Under the pieces are notes generated by a model. The model was not told the origin of the DNA, ran no database searches, and was given only the letters and a program-made list of their open reading frames with translations. DNA of 64,000 bases, taken from positions 114,454,001 to 114,518,000 of the forward strand of contig NC_045696.1 in NCBI RefSeq assembly GCF_009834535.1, in the 5' to 3' direction. The position numbers and the translations under genes are program-made. The stretch's first letter is position 1. Each line of letters starts with the position of its first letter. Of the stretch, positions 12,702-22,790 are shown one piece after another. This DNA is from Camelus ferus. Its lineage: Eukaryota.

Positions 12702-13329
12702 GTGAGAGTCTAGGTAAAGGCATGGAAATAAGTGGTAAGCAGTCAACAAATACCCATGATTTATAATTAATCAACACATCTCTGGTGCTACTATGTTGTA
12801 GACCCATAATTACTGTATCTGACATTTACAGAGAAAAGGGACTAAAAAAATACACTGTCCCTGGACACGCCTACATTTGAGTTCACATTCATAATGTTAG
12901 TTGCATATTATATAACTAGTGATGAACTAGAATTTAGTGGTGTCCTGAAGCATAAATCATGGATGTTAAAAAAATGATCTTCTTATCCACTAAGGTCCCA
13001 AAAAGTTAGGTGGCAGCATTGTAAAATGTTTAGAATATTGTGTATAACATGGCCACTTTCTAAAAGTGAAGATTCTAGGGCAATATATTATGTTCTGTTG
13101 GAATTTATCTTTCTAGGAGAAAATATTTTGCTAATTTATAGGCTTAGGTTATACAAGAACGGGAATTTGCTGAACGGGGTAAAGTTATTACTGCCATTAG
13201 TAATGGTTCTGTTTTCAGGGATAATTGAGAGAAAAATGGCCAAAAATCTCTATTTCTAATAACTTGAAACATTTTACTATCTTTTAAAGTCAACAAACTT
13301 CAGAGGAATGATCAATATTGTTTCTGAGG

Positions 13330-14432
13330 AGTTTATTTAGATTTGAACTTACATAGAGCAAAGAAATACTTCTTTCTTTTTCAATGAACAGCATAACAGG
13401 AGGGGGTAGGGGAACCTCTGTTTTTGTTTTTAAGGCGAAAGCAGGAGAGATGTAAATGGGCCACTTAACTGAAAAGGCCAAGGATAGAGCTTACTTTAGA
13501 TACAACTGAATATAAAGGCTTAATCTATGTCATCAAGATGGCATTTTTAAATTTTGTAAGCTTTTCATTCTGCTTGGTTGATTTCATGTTCAGACATGCT
13601 TTATGTGAGTCAAAAATGGTTCCATCACATCAAGAATTCTATTACCTTTACAGGTAGTGATAGCAGAGAAACCACAGGGCTTCTTAGATGGCATCAGGAA
13701 AGTCCTCCAAGTGTTGTTTGACTGTTTTGACTGGTTCCTGTCACTATCTCCTACTGAATTACTAGGATGTGTAACGGGGACCTCTGATTGGAAGGCCTGG
13801 GCCATGTGCCCACCACTGTGATGAAAGATAGAGCCATGTGATTGACAAAACATCTATGAGGGGGATGCCACGCGACTGAGGCGTGTCCAAAGGGCAACAG
13901 ACACTTGATGGAAGCTTGGATAGTCTTGTATGAGGACTCCTTCTTGGGAAGATGTACCAGCAAACATTATCTTTTCCTGACACTATTACTGAATTGGTCA
14001 GAGGTAGCCACGGATAGCTAGTGGTCCTCTTGCTTGCCTATTTACAAAACTGTGGTCATCTTTGATGTTCTTAGTGAATCCTTTAGGCTCCTGACTTTGA
14101 GGCACACAGTACATTTGAATGTCCAGGCTTCCTTGTCGTTGATGGTGCCACATGATTTTCCTGTCATGAGAGGAAATGATGTATGTCTCCTGGTGGAGGG
14201 TTTCGTTACTGATGTGAGACTCCAGAGCTCTTTCCCTTGGCACAGCATTTGAGACATTTGAGATGGTGTTCACGTCCATCAGTCTGAATTGTTCCTGAGT
14301 TATTGCTGTAATCAGAACCTTCTTATAGGATCTCAATGGTATGAGATATGCGAAATATATTGTGATATATGCAAGAAATGAATCTTTGATCAGTTTTGAG
14401 TCAATTAGATTTTGGAGTTTTTTGATCATCAT
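13330..14432 (-). pseudogene. Endogenous bornavirus-like nucleoprotein element (EBLN), near full length, decayed
   Basis: Collinear minus-strand blocks vs BoDV-1 N recalled from memory: ATG 14432; GSD 14319 (GSD); YKTIQASI 13930 (FKTMMAAL); TVKQHLEDFPDA + PVV 13725-13670 ([12 protein letters not shown] + PVV); PFLTHIKH 13619 (PFLGAIRH); KSLQNL 13565 (RSFPNL); SVK 13472 (SVK); LSCFRLKNKNRG 13449 (LARYRRREISRG); LN 13340. About 366 codons vs 370 aa; many frameshifts and stops. Confidence 0.72.
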
Positions 14433-16337
14433 ACTATGATCTAACCCATCTTGATGGTTCTAAGACTATGTACATTTCTATATCTAACTGCATTCATTCA
14501 ATCTTACAGGCATTATATGGGTCAAGTACTGAGGCAAATATTGCCAATATTTATTCCTGGATTTGTTCTTCTCATAGTCAGCTCTCCCATTCTTATATCA
14601 AATATACATAGAAGGTATAGTGATAAATTTTTCTACGCCTTTGAAAAACATTTGTTATTGACTCCACTAAACGCCTTTTTATAAAACAAAGTACAATTTA
14701 TCTATTAGAAGATAGTAATATTTTCTCCCTAGATACAGTCTCAGTACCTAAAAACTAAAAACAAGTACACTGCCTTCCAAACTTGAATTTGGCTTAAAAA
14801 GAGTCTGAATGAAAGGTTATATACTCTAGTGCAACATTCTAAATGAGAAATACCCCAAAGACCTGACCCTGGACAATTTCCTGAACTCTTGTATTACGTT
14901 GAAATCATAAGTTTTTTTTCATTTATAAGCTGTATGTATCTTCTTTCTTTCTTTAGGGATTCTTTTCCCTTACAGCAGAATTTCAAGGAAACAGCAAGTT
15001 TCAGTTGCTTATTAACCAAAAGTATCAGAAAACAAAAATTGCTCCAGTGAAATACTTAAGAATGATATTAGGGTAATATGCAACTCTATATTTCAGAAAC
15101 TGGAAGTTTCAGCTGAGGAATCAAGGTATAAAAGAGAGGAATTTCTAATGTGAGTTGCAAATTTTCAAAGGAAAAAAATTGGGAAAGGGTTTCATAATTC
15201 TAAGATATCTTTATCCAAAAAGTGTGGTGCAAGAATGAGGTTGTTGAAAAATATTCAGAATTTGGTGAAAAGGATTTCTTTGGTGTAAGATGTACAGTGA
15301 TTCTTGCCCTTGACCTTGTCAGGGGTTGGGGAGCATACCTAGCGAAATGCAGTTCATCAGGACCATGAAGATTTTGAGATGGGATCTTGTAGTGCAGGCA
15401 CAGAGGACTGGTATGTGATCATTAGTTGCTTTGCCCATAGTGTTTCTGTGAATGGGTTTGGATTGGTCTGTGCTCCCTGAGTTTCTCTGGGCAAGGGGAT
15501 GGATGAGTTTCACCTGTGATCAGAGGATGGCCAAATGGGAGAACCAACCTGGAGCCGTTAGAAATACAGTGGAAAAAGTCTCTTGGAAGTTCTAAGAGGC
15601 TCCCCAAAGAGAGTCTGTGTGTGGTAAGTGGCTAAAACTCAGTGGGCTAAGTTGGAACAGTGGGAATATTGATCTCTTGGATGTTGGGAAAAAACAACAA
15701 AATGTTCCCAGTTGAGAAATCTCTGAAGGAAACACAAAATAACTTAAAAGTGAAGGAATTAACTTTAAACATCTGCGAGGCTCAGAATACAAAGCTAGCT
15801 TAAAATATGTCCAGTTAAGTAAGGATTTGCCAATTTCTCTTTCCTTTCCCACTAATTTGACCCTCCTGGTTTCAGAGACAGTGATAAGAAGTACTTCTTC
15901 AAGAAATCAGCCTCTAATAAGGACTAGCTCAAGGAGACATTACAACCTGTAGGTCTAGATTTTGAGATGCAGTTGGACTCCTTAGCTATAGAATTGAGAT
16001 AATGCTTGGGACTTAAAGTGGCCCAGGCTTTTATCTTCACTAGGTGCAGGCAGGGGTGAATCACTCCATTGACAGGTTTAAAGACACTGGAGGGTAGTTC
16101 CCATGAGCACACAGCCACAGGACATGTTTGTTCAGCTTCCTGATTGTGTTCATTAAGGCTTACATTTGAGTCAAGAACACAGCCTCTCTAGTCTCCAAAT
16201 GATGCTCTCATTAATATATTTCTTCAATTCTAAGTTGCACTAATCCTTCACATACTTAAAATTGATACGTATATTAAATGTGAAAATGTTTGTATTCTTT
16301 CCAAAAATGTTTCCACAATATTAGTAATACGTCTTAC

Positions 16338-16835
16338 TGAGACAAAAGGGAAGGGCACAGGTCACAACAGTTTAAAGAATGACACAGCCATTGCCACAGT
16401 ACACAGACACAGTACAACATAAACTGGTTAGAACCAACTAATCCCAAGATGGCAGAAGACTGGACTTCCAGGGCAACTTGAGCCTCATTGTGGCTCATTG
16501 TAATACATTAGCTGCTAAATGGCACACCCACAGGTTCCATGAGAGTCCCTAGGCTGACCATAAAAGGACAAAAGTTGTCAGGGGCCCAATTCCTGGACAT
16601 ACCCACTCTTTCCCCAAAAGAGTTGGAACAACCGTCCCACTTGTTAGCATGTGAAATTATCCAGCCCATGAAAACTAACCACCCCCACATCTTGGGGCCA
16701 CCTCTCTTGCCTTCTGAGGTGGCCTCCACTCTGTCTATGGAGTGTGTATCTCCCTGAATAAATCTATTTTCACTTCACTATGGCTCGCTCTTGAATTCTT
16801 TCCTCTGTAAGACAAGAGCCTACTCTATGGTAACA
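16338..16835 (+). mobile_element. ERV1 solo LTR (MER41-like)
   Basis: TG...CA ends, 4-bp TSD ttac/gtac, cccaagatggc, AATAAA ~16757 followed by gctcgctcttgaattctttcct. Confidence 0.8.
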
Positions 16836-17119
16836 GTACAATTATTTGAGCCTTAGAATTTAGGAACTACACTATTATAAAGAGGCTATATAATGTTTTT
16901 GCAAAATGGTTTATATAATTATATATTAAATATTGGAGAAAGTCACTATGTGGCTAAAATGGTCATCTAAATACATGCAGTTCCAATCTAAGGAAATTAT
17001 AGTTTAAAAAAACTTAAATTTTGACTGGATTTCCCACATAATATTTAGCATAGCATTTTTTGAAAGGTGTAATCATTGAGATCTTGCTTTCAAAGAAAGT
17101 CACTTAGCAGGGAACTTAA

Positions 17120-17430
17120 AACAGCCTTTCTGACCAGTGTGAGGTAATATCTCTTTGAGTTGCATTCTCTGATGGTTAGTGTTGTTGAGCAGTTTTTCAT
17201 GTACCTGTTTGCCATCTGTATATTTTCTTTAGAAAAATGTCTGTTCAGATACTCAGCCCATTTTAATTGGATTGTTTGGTTGTTGTTTGTTTGTTTGTTT
17301 GCTATTGAATTATATGAGTTCTTTATATATTATGGATATTAATCCGTTATCAGACATATGATTTGCAAATATTTCTCCTATTTTGTAAGTTGCCCTTTCA
17401 TTTTGTTGATGGTTTTCTTTGCTGTGCAGA
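17120..17430 (-). mobile_element. LINE-1 ORF2 fragment
   Basis: gtgtgaggtaatatctc..tttgcattctctgatg..gagc..ttttcatgtacctgtt..aaatgtctgttcag. Confidence 0.85.
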
Positions 17431-17699
17431 TAAACGCTTAACTGGTTTTCTTCATCTCAGTTTCTTCCCCATCAATTCCATTCTACTACTTTGCCATCAG
17501 AATTATCCTCTTATAACACAGAATTGCTCATTTGAACCTCTTCTTAAAGGCTGTCCTTATTGGTTTTGACCACTGCAAACTGTTGAGGTATGACTTTCTA
17601 TTTTTCTTTCTACTGTTCAAATACACCTTACAGTAAGCACTCAATTACAGTAGACATCAGTTAACCAGACTCCCTGGCTCCATTCATGTATCTATTGAT

Positions 17700-18095
17700 T
17701 CCATAATTCATCTATCAATTAAATAGCTACTGCATTCCCAATAGAGAATGGAGGTTCTAAGGGTAAAGCAACGAACAATATGGACAGAGCCTCTTAGCTC
17801 AAAAACTTACATTTTGACATGGGAAAACGAACATAAAGCTTTAAAATAAGTAACTGTACATGAGTAGACATACACACATATATGTGTGCTTCTTTGTGCA
17901 TCTGTATCTATAACTTCAGATATAATAAAATGTTATTGAAAAAAATAAAGGGGTAGGTTTATTTAAAAATAATAGGGGCTATGCCTCATTGCTGAAATAG
18001 CATTTGAATCAAGAACTGAAGGGAGTGAGAGACGAGTCCCATGGTGCAGAGGAGAGCATTCCGGACACAGGGAAGGACAAGTGCTGAGTCCCCAG
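17700..18095. mobile_element. LINE-2 fragment
   Basis: cttacattt.., catttgaatcaagaactgaagg.., gagcattccggacacaggga. Confidence 0.6.
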
Positions 18096-18879
18096 GTTCA
18101 TTGATCACTTTCTCTGCTGTGTCAACCTGCTAATAAGCCCATGGAATTAGTTATTAATTTGTTTCATTTCATTTTTCTTATAAATTCCTTCTCTTTGCTG
18201 CAATCCTGCATTTATTTATGCGTGTTGGTCATTCTTTCCAACATATCCTTTAACTTACTTACCTGGGCCAGGGTTGAGTCTTCTTCTGTTGACGGCTTCC
18301 TGTATTGGCCGTCAGTCACCTTATCTTGCTTCTTTACGTGTCTCATAATTTTGTACCGTACACTGAGTATCTCGTATAAAGTGCAGCGGAGAATAAACGA
18401 TGATTGCCCTAAAAGGGCTTCCTCTTCTGTCCCGTTTCTGACATGCTGAGTTAATCAAATCTAGAGCTGATGTGAGTTAAAGCTTCATTGACCTCTTGTT
18501 TAGAAACAGCTCACCAGTAGCTTCACTTGTGAGGGTGAATCAGGACTTCTCCTTCAGCAGATTTTGGGATCTGACCCTCAGTGGAACCCTGGAAATATCC
18601 TTCTTCTTTATAACCAGGCTGGTTGTTTTTTGGGGGAGTTAGTCCATTCTTTTAACTCTCCAGTCCTACCTCCAAATTTTGCATCTGAGAAAATCTCTCT
18701 CTGCCCTGATGACCTGCCCTACACCTTAAAAGGAATGGCTCCGTGCATTGGACAAATGTCTTTTAGCTCTCCTGCCTCAACCCCAGCCTTTGGCAGGTGT
18801 TTTCTGACCCTTGTGAAGTGCTGTTGTGCTTAGAGAGATTCACCTCAACTCTTCTGCTATGCCAAGTCTTCAGGAAGTG

Positions 18880-19215
18880 TTTCTTTTTTAATTTTTCTTT
18901 TTTTAATTTAAGTATAGTCAGTTTATTTCATTTTTTAAGTTGAAGTATAATCAGTTTACGATGTTGTACCAATTCCTGGTGTACAGCATAATGTTTCAGT
19001 CATACATACACGTACATATATTCCTTTTCATATTATTTTTTATTATAGGTTACTGCAAGGCATTGAATATAGTTCCCTGTACTTTACAGTAGACTCTTGT
19101 TGTTCATCTATTTTATACACAGTAGTTAGTGTCTGCAACTCTCGAACTCCCTATTTATCCCTTCCCACTCCCTTCCCCCCAGTAACTGTAAGTTTGTTTG
19201 CTCTGTCTGTGAGTC
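18880..19215 (-). mobile_element. LINE-1 3'UTR fragment inserted in older L1M-like sequence
   Basis: T-tract, aagtataatcagtttacgatgttgt..ctggtgtacagcat..ttgaatatagttccctgt. Confidence 0.85.
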
Positions 19216-20399
19216 TCAGCAGGTGTTTCTTTGCCCTGCACTTGTAGAGGGTCTTGTACACCTCAGAGAGATCTCTCAGTGGCTCTGCCCTTGTCTTTGG
19301 CACACTAACCCTGTGCACTTGGTGAAGAGCCAAGGTGAAGACCTGGTGGATGGAAGAGATTTTGGATCTGACCTCCAGTAGAACCCTGGAAATATCCTTC
19401 TGCTTTATAGCCAGGCTGGTAGTTGTTTGGGAGTTGGTCCATTCTTTTAACTCTCCAGTCCTACCTCCAACTTTTGCACCTGAGAAAATCCCTCTTTGCC
19501 CTGATGCTCTGCCCTACGCCTGTGGCAGGGCTTCGAGCCTTCTGCTCGTGCTCATTCACATGCAACCAAGACAAGTTCCGCTGGCATATTCTTACTCTGT
19601 TAATGGTGGATTTCTCCTCCCACTGCTCCTCTAGGGATAAAGACAGTGGCGTTCACGTCTCCTCAGAGGGGATTTTCACTTCATTAAACTTGGTTCCCTT
19701 TTTATTCTTTGCATTGTCAGCTCTCTGAAACTCTGCTTCTGTAGATTTTCTGGTTTGTTCTTGTTGTCAGGGCAAGAGAGATAGTCTCTTGTGGTTCTCT
19801 CCATGCTGACTGGAGATGGAAATCTTGCATCCAAATCTGAGACATGGGTGGTAGGAAAAGGCTTAGGTGAACTTTGATTTAAGCAAAAAGGAAGTTAGAC
19901 AAATCACTCATTTTTCTTTCTATAGTTTTGCCTCTCCCTGGTATATGTCAAGGCTTGTTCTAGGCACTGGAAATACAGAGACGGACAAGACAAATATGAG
20001 CCTTACATATTTTGGGGGAAGTGGACATAAAGAAAATAAACTATGCCTAAATATTTAGCTTTAGATAAAAGGCAAATACGTGGGGGAAAATGAAGCAGGG
20101 TAAATGGATATATTAAGCCTAGTTTATGCCCCATCTTGGGTTTGCCTGGCCTTACCTAATTCTATACCCATTCTGTTATTTACTTCATTGGCTGGATTGG
20201 ACCTAACAACTGCTTACTTATAACTCTCTGGAGTAATAAAACTACCACAGTCCAGAGACCCTACACGTGGTGCCAACTGGGAAGACAAGGCTCTTGTCCA
20301 TTCCCTACCAGGAATGGTTGCTTGAAGTTTCTAGCTTGTTCAGCAGCTTCCTGGGAGGGCCACACTACACAACCTGAAAGTGTGGAGAAGTTAAAATCT

Positions 20400-21110
20400 T
20401 GTGGGACCTCACACCCATTAGGAAGGCTACTACTGAAAAAAAAAAAAAAAAAAGACAGAAAATAGCCAGTGTTGGTGAGGATGTGGAGAAATTGGAACCC
20501 CTGGGCACAGTACATAGCAATATAAAATGGCACAGTTCCAATGGAAAACAGTATGGCAGTTACTCAAGATTAAACACAGAATTACCATATGATCCAACAA
20601 TTCCACTTCTGGGTGTATGTCCAAAAGACCTGAAGCAGGGTCTTGAAGAGAGATTTGTACATCCAGGTACCTAGCAGCATTATAGATAGCCAAGAGGGGG
20701 ACGCAAACCAAGCATCCATCAATGGAGGAATGGATAAACAAAATGTGGTTATAAATATGACGGATGATTATTCAGCATTAACACAGAAGGCGATCCTCTC
20801 ACACACTTGAAGACATTTTGCTAAATTAAATCAGTCAGACACAAAAAGATAAACATCATATGATTTAATTTATATGAAGACCCTAGAGGAGTCAAATTCA
20901 TAGAGAGAATGGAAGTAACTAGAGGCTGGGGAGAGGAAGAGATGGGGAGTTGTTGCCTAACGGGTGGGGAGTTTCAGTTTTGCAAGCAGACCAGAGTTCT
21001 GGAGTTTGGTTACAAACAATGTGAATGCACTTGGCAGTGCTGATATGAACAGCTAAAAATGGCCAAGATGGTAAATTTTATGTCATGTATATTTTACCGC
21101 AATTAAACAA
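20400..21110 (+). mobile_element. LINE-1 (L1MB-like) 3' end
   Basis: LTPIRKAT..SVGEDVEKLEP..ELPYDPTIPLLG; tail aagatggtaaattttatg..ttttaccgcaatt. Confidence 0.85.
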
Positions 21111-21514
21111 AACAAAGCAAAACCTTATAAGGTAGACTTCAAATAATGACAGACAGGAGACCGGAAGGCGTTAGGAGATAATCACTCATCCTTTCTCTCT
21201 CTGTCTCTTTACAGACTGTCCTCGACAGACTGTTAGGAGACTCGTAAACTTCAGTGAGCCCTTCCGGGGACTCTGTGAGACCAAGTAACCAGCTATGGTT
21301 TTTTTTTTTTTAGAAACCGACCAGCTGAATAACACATTTTCCTGTCATGTGGAATTTATTATTATCTCACTTCCCTTTTATACTCTTATTTCCTTTAGGA
21401 TTTCAACCCTGCTCCCCACCCACTCAACAACACATCTTAGTACTGACTCCCGAATCAAATTATATTTTCTAGGGAACCCAGGCTCAGGCAGTGCATTTGT
21501 GCTGTGGTAGATGG

Positions 21515-22790
21515 TTTGTACCCTGATGGTTGATCAGGGTAGAACTTGTAGGAGAGATCCCATCTGAGCTGGAGCTTAAATAAGGGAGTAAGATGAAGAG
21601 ATCTTTGAGAAGGGCACACCAAACAGCAAGTGCAAAGACCCTCGAGTGGGAGCAAGCTTGGTGCTTTTGAGGATTGATGAGAAGGATAATGCAGTCGGCG
21701 TGAAGTGAGAAAAACGGCAAGTGGTGGGAGGACGGATGAGGGAGAGAGTCAGGTCCCCCATCTCTTAGAGCCTTGGAAGCATGGTCAAGGTTTTCAATTT
21801 TATTCTAAAGGATGGAAGCCGGTGGAAGGATATTAAATCATCTGAATTACAGCTATAAAAAGATCCTTTTAGCTATATATATATTTTTGGCCATGATTAA
21901 AAAAAAAAACAAAAATGACACATGTTGGTAGGGATGTGGAGAAATTGGTCCCCTTGGAGGATGTTGGTGGGAGTGGAAAATGATGCAGCTGCTATGACAA
22001 CCAATTTGGTAGTTCTTCACAAACTTAAACCATATGAGCCAGTAACCCTACTCTTGTGTCTGGACCCCAAAGAATTAAAAACAGGTATTCAAACAAAAAT
22101 GGCTACACAAATGTTCACAGCAGAACTGTTCATAATTGTCAAAGGTGGAAACAACCAGAATGGCCATCAACTGAAGAATGGATAAACTAAATATGGTATA
22201 TGCACATATGGGAATATTATCGAGTCATATGAACAAATGAAGTATTGATACATGATGTAACACAGCTAAATCTTGAAAACATGCTAAGTGGAAAAAAAAA
22301 AAACAGACCCAAAAGGTGACATATTTTATGATTGCATTTATATGAAATATCTGGAATAGGTAAATTTTTAGAGACAGAAGGCAAATTAGTGGTTGTCAGG
22401 ACCTGGGGAGAGGGGGGAATAGGGATTGACTGCTAAATGGTGCAGAGTTTTCTCTTGGGATGAGGAAAAGTGTTTTGGAACTGAAGGTTGTACAGCATGT
22501 AAATGTACTAAATGCCCCTGAACTGTAAACTTTAAAAGCATCATCATTATTTTTATTTGTTACATGATCGTTCTGGCTTCTTTGTTCATGGACTGCAGGT
22601 GGAGCGAATAATGACTTGGATGGGTATTGAGGAAAGAATTCCAATGGCAAAGAATTGAAGTCAAGCAGGGAATTCGGTTAGGAGAATATTGCACCAGTTC
22701 AAGCAAAAGGTAATGGTGGCTTGGGATAAGGTGGTGGTAATGAAGATCTCATTTCTTGGGGATGAAATGGATGTGGGAGGGCAGGAAGTT
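21515..22790. mobile_element. LINE-2 interrupted by an L1 3' fragment (~21890-22550, +)
   Basis: L2 motifs caagtgcaaagaccc, ttttattctaa..gaagcc, ggtaatggtggcttgg; internal L1 tgttggtagggatgtggagaaattgg. Confidence 0.7.

Noticed and set aside
13290..13440. Poly(A) tail and TSD for the EBLN
   Set aside because: The A-rich TTAAAAACAAAAAC falls inside the N-like C-terminal block; no convincing tail or direct repeat was found.
13594..13653. 60-nt plus-strand exon candidate (ttcag|...CAG|gtagtg)
   Set aside because: Weak donor site, no recognisable peptide and no partner exons.
13610..14780. Alternative readings of the same segment as bornavirus L (VPRERALE~VPKEKELK, SFV, WHPPH~FNPPY, LM*WNHF~LMTYNHF), M or G
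   Set aside because: Mutually exclusive with the N reading. The blocks are no stronger than expected by chance over three frames, and key RdRp motifs (GRFF, LDYSSWC, GDN) are absent. Only N explains both ends and the total length. That such matches were easy to find is why the EBLN confidence is kept moderate.
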